DNA of 63,977 bases, the filler included, from Hyphochytrium catenoides (taxonomy: Eukaryota; Protista; Hyphochytriomycota): NCBI GenBank assembly GCA_900088475.1. It is 5 parts of 5 records of this genome, joined end to end, with 100 filler letters (N's around TTAATTAATTAA, not from the genome) between each part and the next. Parts side by side here need not be neighbours in the genome. Positions count along the whole stretch, not along the records: positions 30,803 to 55,928 come from FLMG01001064.1; 4 more parts are not named here. One strand, given 5' to 3'. A program made the position numbers and the translations under genes. Under the pieces are notes generated by a model that was not told where the DNA came from, searched no databases, and worked only from the letters and a program-made list of their open reading frames with translations. Positions 37,646-50,974 of this stretch are shown in pieces. Numbering within the stretch: position 1 is the first letter of the stretch; each line of letters begins with the position of its first letter.

Positions 37646-40203
37646 TTTTGAAATAAATACGTCAGTGCTGCTAGTTTAGCCAGTAAGATAGCTTATGATG
37701 GATGATGGAAATGCAATAATGGGCCCTAGAGTTGGCAACGTTGTACCTTCTTGTCTTTCTGCTCCGCTGGTGGTGCTGTTCGCCGCCTACTGGGTTTCTA
37801 CGTGTCAGCTTTCACTTTGTCTCCGGTGGTAACAGATTGATGGTCTACCTTCTGGCCCCTTATAGATTCCCTGAAGGGTGCCTGTCTTTGCAATCGTGCA
37901 ATTTCTGACTCTTGTCCTGTCTGTCGTCGGGCCGCAACCGAAGTGTCTCTGTGCACCAGCGAACTGTCGACTTACAGTGCAATGCGCTAACTACATCTGT
38001 GCTTCTCTATGTCTTCCACACGGATGATGAGAGTAGATAAGACAGCGGGAAGGCGGCCCGCAGTAGTGATGGATTGTCGCAGAATGTTTCCTGGGCATCA
38101 AGGCTGGACAACAGCCAAGCCGGGAAGAAGAGAAAGATCGCTGCAAAGACGCATCCAGAAAGGATCCAAAAAAAGATCGCTTTGAGCGAACAATCAAAAC
38201 AGTGGACACAAAGCTGTCAAACGCACTCTAATATCAGACCCACAACTTGTTTTAGCTGTAACAAATACCCCTACTGCTTCCTCTGACACAGGTAGGCCTT
38301 AAACCCACTCACTCCGGGATCCAAATATATCATCTACTGGTTTCCATTCTGCCCAGCTGCCAAGGTCGTTGGATCAGGAATATGATGGAGCCCTTGATAG
38401 TACATTATCACTGTTATTCCGGATAATGGCAGTTGTTCTCTTGTTCTGACCTGGCTGAGTTGGTTTCTTCGTGACCGTTTCCTTCCTCCTCCTCTTGTGT
38501 CACCAAGTGAGGCTCAGCTCTTTCCAAGGAAGTCTGTTGCCTCACGGCTTGGCTGCTGCTGTTTGCTTTGCTTGCACCTTGCACCTCTTCTCTAGTTAGA
38601 GAGATGTGAGACAGGGCAGCAAGCCTAGGGGAGAAGTGATGATCGGTTGGAACCTTGGATCACAAGCGAGGAGGAGGAGCGTGACCACTGGTGGTGCCTG
38701 TTTGATGCCTGTCAGGAAGAAGTGAGGACAAAGACGCTGCAGGAGAGATGCGACAGGCAAACAAGCGACAAAAGTAAGTGCATCCAGTTTCACCAGGGTA
38801 CGATTCGCTTCACGACATCAATCACTGGCTATTCTCATGAGAGTCTTATACCAAGATCGAGGAGGGGCCAAAGCCCAGGGTCCAGGTCCTGGATGAAGAG
38901 TTAAAAGAGTCATATCGCTAGGGCCCTCGCCGGCTATCTTTGGACTAGCCCTCTATCACGTTTCTTGATGTCTCTAAATATAGAGCCAGTAGTTACATAT
39001 ATATTTGATCTTGCTGAACCTTCGTTCTCGAGTCTTTCGGACTGTCATCTGAAGTTCAATTCCTGCAGGCATAACCATCACAATTTTCCGGAAAGTGTGA
39101 GGTGCGACTGAAGCCTTTCTTTGGCCTTTTCATCTAAATAGGGCCTTGCCTCGTAGGCGTAGGCCTCGTCAGCACTCTCGAGCATTGGTGAAAGCTTCAT
39201 ACATTGAAAAGGTCTAGTGCGATACTTGTCAAGGACAAGGGACGAGGAAGCGTGGAGGAGATAAGACAATATAGTAGAACTGTCGACGTTGGTAGAGCTT
39301 TGTGTTTTATAACTAAAGATTGAGGAAACACCGGCTGGTTGTCGTGCCAGAGACCACAGTCTAAATGATAAGGAAAGCGTATCGATGTCACGAAATAGAC
39401 ATGAATTAGGAGCCTCCTGGTCGCATTAGGTTTGAGGGGTATTCTCACCTTCGGCAGTCATCCTGCCCGCCCCTGAGGACTTCTCCTCCTTCGATCGCGC
39501 AGTAGCATCGACTGAGCGTCCAAATCCTGAGGCTGCAGGAGTACTATGCTTCTCTTATCTTTGTGCCGGCACCGGTAAGGTTAGTCTTGTTGAGACTGCT
39601 CCAAGCCGCTACACATTTATGGCTGGACTCGGTTTAAGACATACTATTTTAACTGTTAAGGCTTACAGGGCTGGAGACTTTCGGCTGGAGAAAAATCAAC
39701 TGAGGATGCGGACGAGCAGGAGTGATACCAGAGTAATAACTGGGTCAGTAATAGGTCCTTTCAATGAGAAGGAACGAAGGTACAAAGGGAGCTGCTTCAG
39801 AAGGTCATAAGCGTGGCAGCAGTACACAGAAAGAAAGATGAAGATAACATCTTACGCTAGCTCAAGCGCTAATAGGCAGATATCTACCACCATAACCAAG
39901 GGGTAAGCTTTGTTATGACCTGCCGGGTGGCATTCTCAAAAATAATAAAAATACTTCTTACCTTGTTCAGTAACGCGGATTGCTGGTGGCTTGGCCTCTA
40001 CTACTATATCTGTAGACTGAGCATCGAAGCTGTATCTTACTAAAGAGCGACAGCCGAACTACTAGGGTTTGCCATTTAATCAAGGCGCTGCTCGTCCCTT
40101 AAAAGACAACCGGCGCGGGAGAAATGCCATCAGTTCGATAGGAAATAAATGGCCCTTTGAAGTATCTTTAATGTATGCAGCGGGGTAGACCCTTTTGCCC
40201 TAC

Positions 40204-40248
40204 TGACAGCAGCAATGACAGGCAGCAGCAATGACAGGCAGCAGCAAC
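40204..40248. repeat. Short tandem repeat, ~16-bp unit (TGACAGGCAGCAGCAA) x ~3
   Basis: tgacagcagcaa tgacaggcagcagcaa tgacaggcagcagcaa. Confidence 0.8.
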
Positions 40249-40960
40249 GCCCGTTACGCTAGGCTCGCACGGTAAGACTCCCTTCTCAATCTTAAGATCG
40301 GAGGGACATGCCGGCGCCTCTGTTCCTACGGTATAGCTGTCGTCATGTAGAACAAAAGGGTAATAAGGACATCTCTCTTGCCTCAAATGTCGTCCAGCAC
40401 CGAGAAGAATGGATCGGAGTTAAGCAGCCAACTCTGCGAGGATGGGAAGGGATTGTGATGACTTTGGAGGGTGTGTTGAAGTGGGACAGCAGCATAAACA
40501 GCTATGTGACAAAAGAGGTAAAGGAGATCTTTTCCAATAGAACCTTCTGCTTATTCTTCTGAAGAAGGGATGATAAGGAAGAGCTGGTTAGCAGGAGTTG
40601 CACAAGATTGAGGTCGTCTGAAGGAGGAGCGAGCAGCTAAAAGTTAGGGCCAACAACACTTCGGTGTGTACGTTTCAATAGCATTATAAGGTAGGGATTA
40701 GGAGCACCTTTCTCTGTTCTGTACGAACAGTTAGTGGAGTCAGTGGAGAGAGATCATTCCCTCTCAGGCTCCACTTGGCTGCTGCCAGTGCTAGTAGAGA
40801 TGTACCTTTGCTCAAAACTCTATGGTTCTCGACCAAGCTGCTGGACTTCTTTGAGTGGCTTTTCATCGTACCCGGAAAGTGCAGATACAGAGTATGGAAC
40901 GAATCAGTCCGCGCGGCCTACCTCTGCTCGGCTGACTGTCTAAAGCTTGGGAACTTATTC

Positions 40961-41447
40961 TTAGTGTCCACCCTGCTGCTCTATCATGCAGTCTACAATG
41001 TCATTGTCTTCCATCTCAAACTGCAGAAAAGTGACCAGTGTCAGTTCTGAGGAGAGTAGAGGAGTGCATGTTGTGGGATGTGAACGGAGCCAGCCTTACC
41101 ATTTTAGGTGTACTGTCTCCAGCTAGTCGCTGGCCGTCAAAGAGGAATTTAACTGAATTGATCGAGACTGACTTCCTTGTGCAGTAGGCTGTAAAGACCT
41201 GGCGAAGGGAATAGAATAGTAAGATGTCTGTTTAAGAGCTGTAGTCATCCAGAAGCTTCTTATTTTCCAGTGTTCATTGGTCGGCCGCATCCCTCGTTCT
41301 TACCTTTTCAAAGCGAGTAGTCTTCTTCACTTTAAAGTGCATCTTTTCATCACTGTTCTGATCCCTTACAACGATAGTAATATGCTCACTCTTAGCATCT
41401 TGAGCTTGCTGAGGAGGAGTGTTCTCGTCAGGAGTGGTGTCTGCCAT
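40961..41447 (-). CDS. SUMO: SUMO (small ubiquitin-like modifier), 100 aa, 3 exons
   Basis: Exons 41447-41304, 41198-41100, 41020-40961 with GT-AG introns give MADTTPDENTPPQQAQDAKSEHITIVVRDQNSDEKMHFKVKKTTRFEK|VFTAYCTRKSVSINSVKFLFDGQRLAGDSTPKM|FEMEDNDIVDCMIEQQGGH*. Not in the ORF track. Confidence 0.95.
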
Positions 41448-42503
41448 TTCTTTCTCCGCCTAAGTCCTAATGATGCCAAACTCTTGTCCACAACGAGAGG
41501 TTGCTGATGTTGATTGACTTTCTGAAAACGGTGATGGCAAAACGGCTCAAAGATAGCCGTCGCCAAGTGAGGACAGAAGGGTTCTGATACTAAGATAGAG
41601 TGACAGAACCACTGCCACTGAGGTGTTCAAGGGTTAAAGTGACTGCGACAAATGCACTCTTCTTGGGGTTTCTTAGAACTACCTTTCTTCATCGCAGATC
41701 CTGCATCAGCTTGCGCTTGTCTCAATCCTCTCACACCTTGTTTCGCGCCAAATTCAAAGCTTTTTTCCCGCCAAACCAGAAGTGAAGATGGGTGGGCGAT
41801 AAGTTAAGAAGCAGCGGGTAGGCCGTCATCCGCGACCATCTGCTCTGTCTTCCGTGTGGGTGCGAAGCTGCGATAGTAAGTGGCGCACGACGGGAACTCG
41901 GCCATCTGTGCACGTTTGGGCTACGTCTATCGCCCCTTCTAGTTGTCAAACGTCCGTGGTGGGAGGTGTTGGTAGATCCGACTGTAGGGCTCGGGGACTG
42001 GGGCTATCTTGTTTAGCCCGCCAGCGGATGGGCTCAGTGAAAGGATTAGGTCCAAAGCGTTCGGCCGCCTTCAGGTACTGAGATGCGACAGAGTGCGAGA
42101 GATTGTACGATAAGACGTGCAAGACAGACCCTCAAGACAAAGTCATTTTGACATAGGGGGAATGCTAGAGAATGTTGGGGGCTTAAGAATGATAGTTGCT
42201 GAACCATACGCGCAGAAAGAGAATGGTGAGACCCATAGATCGACAAGGTCGAGATGGATTTGCGAGCGCTATGTTTTGCTCGCCATGGAGGCAGAGAGCA
42301 GCCACAAGCTGTCAGCCGAAATATTGGGCGCGAGGATAATTAGTTCAACCTAGTATACCACTCAGGCACTGAGACGCGAGTAGCCGAAAGTCAGGATGTG
42401 ACCGTACAGGGGCCATGATAGCCTCCAACTCCTTGCTCTATATACATGCACAAAATTAAATATAGTAAGGTCAAAACGTATGAGACGGCGCTGCCGCGCT
42501 TTG

Positions 42504-44138
42504 TCATCGCCTAATAGATATGCTGGAGAATAACCGTCTAACATAGTGCTCCGCTGCCCTCCTCACTGCTGCATTGCCGTCATGACACTCATTTCTCTTT
42601 TTCTTTCCCTCTCCCCATTGGTTAAGTATTGTTTCCTGAGTAGTTGATGGTAGCGGCGCTCCTAAGGAAGTCAAGCCCTCATTATAGCACTTCTGCAAAG
42701 TTTGTGATCGGGTATCCGAACCTACTGAGACGAGACGGAGTGACTCGGCGGCGACAGAGTCAATTCCATCCCACGTTGTGGCGGTCCTTTGCTTTAGCTT
42801 GTCATCCATGGTCTCGGAAGAGGCATCTCTAGCAGCCTTTGACCCAGCTGTTACCTTTGCCGTCCCTTCGTTGACCGCAAGCAACACCGCGTATGGATCA
42901 GCGGCAAGACCTGCTTTTGGGTTACCTCTATTCTTAGCCTTGTTGTCCCTCAGACGTTTATGAAGCCTTGATTCATGAGAAGTTTGACTAAATCCCGGAC
43001 CTTGCTCCTCATGCGGGCGAAGATAGCTAATTGGGTCTGGAATTACTGTCCTCTTACCGCCTGAATCACCGACTATTGCTTGTCGAATCTCAGGCAGCTT
43101 TGAGTTGGTCAATCGCTGGATCTCCTTGGCGGTAGAGAGGTGGAAGAGACTATCTCCTGCTCCTGGGAAAAGGTGCTCAGATTGAGATCCAGTTACTCCC
43201 TTCTTACGGTCAGTTGAAGGTTCAAGGCATCTCTCTCTCCGTCTAGTAGGAGAAAGGGTTTCTAGGAGTCTCTTCTGCTCTTGAGCGCCAGCCTCAAAGT
43301 TAGTATTGCTGTATGACGCTTTCTGTTTGCTGATCCTTTGACGGTAGGCCTATTTCCCAAGCACAAGAAAGTAGGACTTAGTGCATGACCACAGACGAGC
43401 AAATAAAAAAACGCACGCGAGGCTCTGGGTGGAGGCTGATAAGGTCAGGACAAGTACCAGGTAATGAAACACTAGCGTTTACATACGAAGCCAAAAAAAG
43501 CAAGAGAAATCAATCTTACCTTATTCTCCGTGACAATCCGCTTCTGCTCCTTCTTTTTGAAGGGAGCGTTCAAGCTTTGAAGCTTTGGTGGTGAGGAGGT
43601 CATGGCCTTCATTCTCTCATGAGATTTCTTTTGAATGTCAAGGATATGCTGTGCCATCAACTCATTTTGGTGTCTGACACTCTTCTCATAGTCTAGAGAG
43701 ACAACGTACAGCGCCGGCAATGAGCAACACTTAAGCCGAGTATATTGTAAGCTCCGGTTATAACGTAGCAAGGAGGTGCTTGAGACTCAATAGGAAGATT
43801 AATCGAGAGTCAGACGATAGACACTACGGAGTCAGCTATAGACACACGCACAGAAACTGATTATCGGCCAGAAAGTGCGACTAGGTAAGAACATACAGCA
43901 GCAGCAAGGCCGTAGGGTAAATAATATGTCATTTCTTACCCGCTTGAGCTCGAGCCCGCTTGGGACTAATGTGATGTGAGGGTGCTCCTGCTCCTGGTGT
44001 GTCAGAATGTATGGACATGGTAGCCTTGGCATTGTCAACCTTTTGTCGATGCTGCAACCTCTGTCTGGCAGCTTCCAGGTCTTCCATCGCACGCCCACCC
44101 TTTCGGCCCCATGGAACTGCATGGTCTATTGCCTTCAT
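42504..44138 (-). CDS. CFAP97/hemingway (KIAA1430)-domain protein, multi-exon
   Basis: Spliced LQHRQKVDNAK..HISPKRARAQA|DYEKSVRHQNELMAQHILDI..SLNAPFKKKEQKRIVTENK|AYRQRISKQKASY fits the SLN..RKKE..RI..EN..RI..K..Y pattern. The 3' end may extend to ~41940. Confidence 0.6.
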
Positions 44139-45186
44139 GTCTGCAACCCTTGGGTTTTACAGCTAGGGACTCATTGGTTTCGAGGACTATCCTGGAACCG
44201 CTGGCAAACCTTGTGAACCTAGACTACATTCTGTCTCGATGGTACTAATATCTTCCAGGACTTCGTTCAACTTGAGCCCTTCTTACTCATTAGCCTTATC
44301 CTAAAATGACAGCCGCCAGCGTTTGATTAGCAACCATGATGGCAATGCATTGCAGGCTCCAGGCTCACTCCTGAACTTTTATCTTTTCGTCGAAGAGCTT
44401 CGTCTAACGCTTTTCTTCCTTCCTATCGGAGGCAAATATATCCAAGAGGAGGAACTCCTTCTCAGGACAGATGGATGCTTCGCACCAACAGCGTTAAAGA
44501 GTAGGAACTAGCTCGTTGCGGACTTGTCGACAAAGAGACAGAGTCTTGCCAAACTTTTCCTTGTAGGTCTACAAGCTTGTCCATTACCGCCGCATCCTTG
44601 ATCAAGGAGGCGCAGCGCTGGTAGAAAGAAAGTCTTGTAACAAGAAAGCTCAAACCTCAGAACAAGAAGTAAAACGGACAAAGGCTGGGTAGGAGCTGAA
44701 GCTAAGAGTCATTACAATAGGGATGGGTGGGCTCATTGGCTTGTTGGGTTATCCTCAACCTTGATACAACAGGGCTACTTCAATAGCTGGTTATCGCACA
44801 TCATGGCCTATCGATAACTAGTCTTAGCAAGGGATCATCGGATCACAAAAATCCAATAATCTGCGAAAAAGATCCTCATTATGGAGATCTCCACCCCTTC
44901 CAAGATACCATCTGTAGAACCATACTAAGCCAACCAGGAAGCCACTCCTGCGCGTAGCATAACGTTTGCTGAAAGCCGATTACGCCATTGGACTGCATTC
45001 TGGCTTCAACCTTGCCTCTTCGATAACCATTGGGCTTTCATGATGACTTTGACGTGGCTAATATTGGTGCGCTAGCTACTTTCTTGGTTAAGGCACCCTG
45101 TACCGCGACAGCCCTCATTTTTACAAGGTTGGGAGAAGTCAGGACCGCCGAGGAGACCTTCGCTTTGCACAATAAGACGGGAAAGG

Positions 45187-46336
45187 ATGACAATTGTAGT
45201 GGGCGGTACCAGCGCGAAGCGCAAGCTGGAAGCCGGAAAGGAAGAAGCTAGTGATTCAACACAACAACTCTATAAGACACACCCTATTCCTCAAACCCTA
45301 AACGCAGCTAAGACTTCTAAGAAGCCTCGAAGTGCACCCAGTAGTGCCTCTAAAGAAAGCTCTAAGGGAAACCCGCTCAAGAAAGGCGCAGCTTCTGGAC
45401 CTAGCTCTTCTCATACGCTCAAATCTCATGAGACTGTATCCGAGTTTCGCAGAAATGAGAAGTTTGCAGGCATGGTCCAGGAGTTGGTAGTCTCAGAGGG
45501 ACGGGACGATGACGGAGGAGATGCGGCAAACTATAAGCCTGGTGACTTAGCAGAAGAACGTAAGGAGAAAGCCTGGCATCTTACTACTCAGAAGAGGAAT
45601 AGTTCAACTTGCGCGAGCCGCGGTCATGAACTTCGTTCATGTTGCCACTATACGATTGCTGTTTCAATCTCTATCCCTACTTTTTCGCGCTGCATTGATT
45701 CTTGTTAACCTTTTACCGACTGGTAGTTCCTCCTGATGTCTCGCTATCACTCTGAACCCTCGTATCCCACCCACATCCCTGTAAGTCTATCATCCTGGCA
45801 GATGTCGCAAAATCCTTCAGCTCTCACTGGCCATTGTTTCCCTCTTGCTGTCAACAGTGAAACTCATGATGTTTGGCTTTGGCGATGCATGGGAACCACT
45901 CGATGAGTCTGTCAAGCTGATGGAGGAGGTGACAGTGGACTACATAAGAAGAATGGTAGGCACGGAGAGGTCCAGCATTGAGCTTTGAATGACTTTCTTT
46001 GACTTCGTACCTATCTCTCGCCTCGCCTCGTCAACAGACTGCTTCATTGGTTCTTTCTTGAAGGCGTGATGCCTCAAACTTCCCTACCTTCTTCCTTTAC
46101 TGGGGTCTTTACTTACGCCATCCCTCTGGGCACTCACTCTCACACAGACGGTCAAACTCTTAGAGGTCGCCCAGATTCGCGGCCGCCTGGATAATGACTG
46201 CTTCACTTTTCTGGTGCGAAAGCCTAAAGACCAAAAGAAGAGCAAGCGAATCCTGGAGCTTAATCGCGCGTACGCGACGGTAGAGGAAGTGTGCAAGAAT
46301 GGCTTTGACGTGGAAAACGAAGACGTCTTCCGTTGA
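45187..46336 (+). CDS. TAF13: TFIID subunit TAF13 (histone fold) with long N-terminal extension
   Basis: Exons 45187-45559, 45858-45955, 46148-46336: LKLMMFGFGDAWEPLDESVKLMEEVTVDYIRRM|TVKLLEVAQIRGRLDNDCFTFLVRK..KSKRILEL. Confidence 0.85.
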
Positions 46337-46992
46337 GACGCGAGCAATCACGATAGCATCATATCTGAACAGGCTTCGGGAGATCCATTGTACTCCTGGG
46401 CGTTACCTGTGAGGCATCTCATAGAGGCGTCGTCCTGACCCTGGCCCCACCAGGGCAGTCCGTGTGGTTGTCACCAATGAATTCCCGCTATGGTCTTGAT
46501 TAGGCTTTTGTTCGCTGGAGGATTGGTGACTTAGGCGCCATGGACGGCCAACACCCAGTCATCTTTACGTATTCACTATTTATTGTTGCCGTCGGTATCA
46601 TAGCACTTTCATGTTAGACCTCGCTGCCATATAACTCCCTGTAGATATACTCATAAGGCCCCTACTGCGTCTTTAAGTCAGAGAGAGGTAGTTGAGAGTC
46701 CACCTTTTTGTAGGCGGATGTTCCATCTTATCGTCCTGTTATGGAAATAGCTTGAAAAGAGTAGTGCTAACACTGATGGGCTTGTCACTCAATCTGACTT
46801 GCTCTGAGTTTTGATAAGCTCTAAATAAGGCATCGCTTTGCCCGATAGGTAGCTCTATCCCTATGCCCTTCTGCTCCGCAATTACCGTTATGTCAATAGG
46901 ATTAATGGTTATCAACCCCACAGGTCTATGGGGCCTTTGAAATAAGGAGCAATCTCTCTTCATTGAACTCTACTTCCAACTGAGGTCTACGC

Positions 46993-49900
46993 TTAAGCGT
47001 CGATGATCTTTCCAGGGTTGAGAATATTGTTTGGGTCCATTGCTTTTTTTAGCTCTCTCATCAGCTGGACAGCCTCTTCCCCCAGCTCTGACTTGAGGTA
47101 TTTCTTTTTCCCGAGGCCGACCCCGTGCTCGCCTGTGCAAGTGCCGTCCATCGCAATAGCGCGCTTGACCATAAGGGTGTTCAGCCTGTGGGCCTCGGCA
47201 GTTTCCTCAGGACTTTCGGGATCAAACATTATCACCTGTTGGGAGACAGACGGGGCCGTGAGGAGAGTCAATCGTTCGGCTTACAGCCAGAGGCGTAAGG
47301 GCGAGCTCGAAGACATAGGCGTAAGGGCGAGCAAGACAAGACGGAGACAGGTTGATAAACAGGCACAAATGAGAGAAAGCGGGGGAATGACACCACGCTG
47401 CTACCCAATGCAGTCAATGGGAGAGGCAGCTAAATATAGCCAAAAACCTTCCTTGTTAGGAAAGTAACGGGGCACGCTGCGCCCCCTCAATACAGCCAGT
47501 CAGTGGATAGAGTACGATCTTGTCGTCCCTCTTCTAATACTCACACAATGGAAGTTCCCATCACCCACGTGGCCAACGATCGGTGCATAAAGAGAAGAGG
47601 CATCCAGATCCATCTTTGTTTCCTCTATACAGTCGGCCAGCCGAGAGATGGGCACACAGACATCGGTCGCCATCAAGGATCGCCCACTTTCCATGGTCTG
47701 AGCGGCCCAAAATGCATGTTTCCTAGCTCCCCAAAGCTGGTCGCTCTCCTGTTTGTTCTTGGTGAACTCGAACTTGTATTTACTATAGTCTGAGCAGATG
47801 CGGCCGACCCGCTCAATGTCGTACTGCACGTGCTGCAATTAGGAAAGGAAGTCGAGTAAGTCCTAAGGCGACTGGCGACGATGCTACTCGATCGTGGTCT
47901 CTGCGGACACCTACCGTTGGGGGCCCAGTGAACTTGAAAAGGATACAAGGTGACTCCGGAAGAGAGAGGCCACTGTACTGATTAACCGCTTTAATCATCT
48001 TCTCATCCATCAGCTCAATGGCCCCTAGGATAACGGTCATAGATAACGTGAGGACATCCCTGCCAGAGTTTCCCTTCCTATTCCCGCTTTCTTTGCTGTC
48101 TTGCTTTCCCCTATGGCTATCCGCAGCTGTTTTGCTAAGTGTGTACAGGTTGGAGTTCATGCTACGCCTGTCAGTAGCTTTTCGGGAACTATGCTTCCAT
48201 CCAGGTCTGGCATACCTAGCTCTATGCCATGCTGCAAGATTTTGATGACGGCGTTGCAGGCATCGTGCACCGTCTCAAAGTTCATCCTTGCCACCGCTGT
48301 GTACTCAGGGACGTTTCGCAGACGCAGAGTGGCCTCTGTGACAATGCCCAAGGTTCCTAAACGTAATGTCAGCTACATGGCCCTCATGAGCGTTCTGCAC
48401 GTCTGTACCATAAAAACGTTTTCATCCATAAGACTAGTCTCTCTCACTGTGACTCCTTCTTCAACAGCCAATCCCAGCATCGAGGCATGATCTTGGCACG
48501 CAAAGGAGCCTAGTAGTGTGAGCCCAAAGAAATTGTACCTACCCTCTGAGCCGACAAAAAGCCTGGCTAGATCATAGCCTGCAGAAGATTTTCTAGCTCT
48601 CTGCCCAGTCTTGACGATTCTCCCATCTGCCAGGACTACAGTTAGGTTGACTACCTGATCCTTCATGGTCCCATAACGAACAGCATTGGTGCCTGAGCAT
48701 CTGCCAAGAATTGAAAAAAGATAATAAGGGACATATAAGACTCGTTGGATAAAGAGCGATTGCACCAGAATACTGCCAGCCTTCATCGAGCCATTTGCTA
48801 TCAGTAAAGCAAACATATCTGAGGTTATACTCACCCTAACCCGTAACAAGAGACATAGACAAAAGCAGAGAGAAGAAAGAGGTTAAGTTCAGAGAACGAG
48901 ACAGAGGAAATTAGTACCTAGTTCCGCACATGCCCCCGATGCAGGCACCTGGCGCCGGATCCACTCCTAAGAACATCTTGTAGGGCTCACAGTACTCATT
49001 GAGCTCCATCCAGCCCACTCCAGGCTGGACTATGCAATCCATGTCTTCCACATTGACTTTCAATACCTAGGACTATATGATTAGTAAGGAAAGAGGTGGA
49101 AAGTGACAGAGTGTGTTGACGAATGATCCCAGGGTCAACACATGTGTGTTAAAGATGGTTCAGAGAGGGGAGCTCTAACATCTTGGTTTAGATAAGAAAG
49201 AGGCGGTGAACACCGGCAGCACAGAGAGCTTTAAAGGCCAACAGATGCACAGAGATCAAGTATGGCGCCACAATCCTTCTTTACCCGCTAACCTTGTTCA
49301 TCCTTCTGATGTCTATACACACTCCTCCCTTAGGCGCCGTAGTGTGGCCTTCTAGTGAAGTCCCTGCCGCATAAGGGACAACCGGTATGCGATACCTATT
49401 GCAAATCTTTAGAATCTTCGACACCTGAAGAGACAAGCAGTATGGTGAGACCTCAGGCGCTGGCAAACAAAAATGCCCAAGCATCTAAATATGCCAAAGC
49501 TGCATGATGCGGCCCTAGCCATACATCTACGACTAACTTAAGGATGGCGACTGAAGGCCAAACACACGGCAGACCCACCACTGACCTCTTCCGTCGTTTC
49601 GGGCCAGACGACCACCTGCGGGTTATTGGGTGGTGCATACCCTGATGTTTCTTCTCCGTAGACCTCCAACTCCTCTGCAGCAGAGAAAGTTAGACCCCCA
49701 GTGTCTCTGTCAATGACTCTGGGTTCACAAAGAACCTCTGTCTGTTCACAGCGCTCCCATTTAACCAGTCTCCCTACCCTTTCTTACCTTTCTCTAGCGA
49801 AAGCCTATCACCCAATATGGCCGAAAGCTCCTTAAGGGCCTTAGGATATTGACTTTCAAATGGCTGCTTCCAGGGATTATGGTGAGGCCCAGCTACAGCT

Positions 49901-50208
49901 TCGGTCTCGCCTGGCTTTCTTCCCCATGGCCACCAAAAGCATTCTACCGCCTGGTCTGAGGTGGCCATTCCTCCAATAAGCAGAGAAGCAGTACCAATGA
50001 GGGCAGCTGCACTTATTAGACCCGAGGAACTGTCAGAGCTCTCTGCTGTAGCGCTTGCTCTAAGGAAGACGGCAGCAGGAGCCGAATCCTTGGCCCCAAA
50101 TTTGGCATTGGTAGCTGCATTTGCGGAGAGCAAGGGGCCCTGTTGCCTAAAGCGTAATGATTTCACCCCGTGCAGGCCGCTGGAGGATCGCAGCACACGA
50201 CCAAACAT
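46993..50208 (-). CDS. DLD1: Mitochondrial FAD-dependent D-lactate dehydrogenase (cytochrome), DLD1/LDHD-like, multi-exon
   Basis: Arg/Ser-rich presequence plus hydrophobic stretch; [70 protein letters not shown]. Confidence 0.92.
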
Positions 50209-50840
50209 GATCAGCTAAGATCGTCTCCCACCAGGTCGACAGAAGGTCCGCGATCAATCAGGAGCAGCAAACTTTACCCAGCAGCCACGCACCGCCGCCT
50301 ACAGGTTACCCTAGTGGCAGCTTCTGGCCCCTACTACTCTCTAGCAAATACCCATTGCCTCCCTGCCTACCACTATGCTAAGTCAGGCCTGCGGTGACGC
50401 CTGGGGACGAGCTTCACAATGACATCGGATTCTCCGACGTGACCCTCTCTATGTGGAAGCTTCAACAAGTACAGCAGAAAAATCTTCAGAATCCTTGTAC
50501 TCAACAACGGAGAAACAGTATTTCCTACCGCCCGCATAGTCTAATCGCCATTATGGTTAACACCATTAATACTTCCTTAGCGCTGGATAACCAAAGGGCT
50601 CCTAGGGTCGAGTAAATCTCTACAGGGGTGTATCTGTGGAGCCTCACCATCCTAATCTGACGTAATAACCCATAGACTCTAATATCCAAGCACTAACTAG
50701 GGTTTCTACATTCTTCAGCCTCCGCCGGAATTAAAAGCCGGATTAAGGAAAAGCAATCTACTTCTGGAGGATTACAGAGTACTATTATGAAGATACATCT
50801 GGTGAATTCTGATTCATCGCCACTGCCATCATCGCGATCG

Positions 50841-50875
50841 CCATCGGCCATCGGCCATCGGCCATCGGCCATCGG
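50841..50875. repeat. (CCATCGG)5 tandem heptamer in divergent intergenic region
   Basis: Five perfect copies plus degenerate flanking CATCG units, ~100 bp upstream of the transporter ATG. Confidence 0.9.
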
Positions 50876-50974
50876 CATCGCCAAGGGCATTGTCACTTGC
50901 CTGCCATCATAGGGCCTAGTTGCAGATGAGCCCATCCAGAGGAAGGGTCACTAACTACCTGTGAGCTTTTCGGA

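Noticed and set aside
37900-40900. Scattered exon-like pieces (e.g. DIVVEAKPPAIRVTEQ, ASGFGRSVDATARSKEEK) on the minus strand
   Set aside because: No coherent gene model or homology recognisable.
47291-47332. 16-bp direct repeat AGGCGTAAGGGCGAGC in a DLD1 intron
   Set aside because: Two copies only; simple intronic duplication.
5130-50208. A hypoxia theme linking globin-RGS, TSC2 and the lactate genes
   Set aside because: They lie on different contigs joined by artificial linkers.
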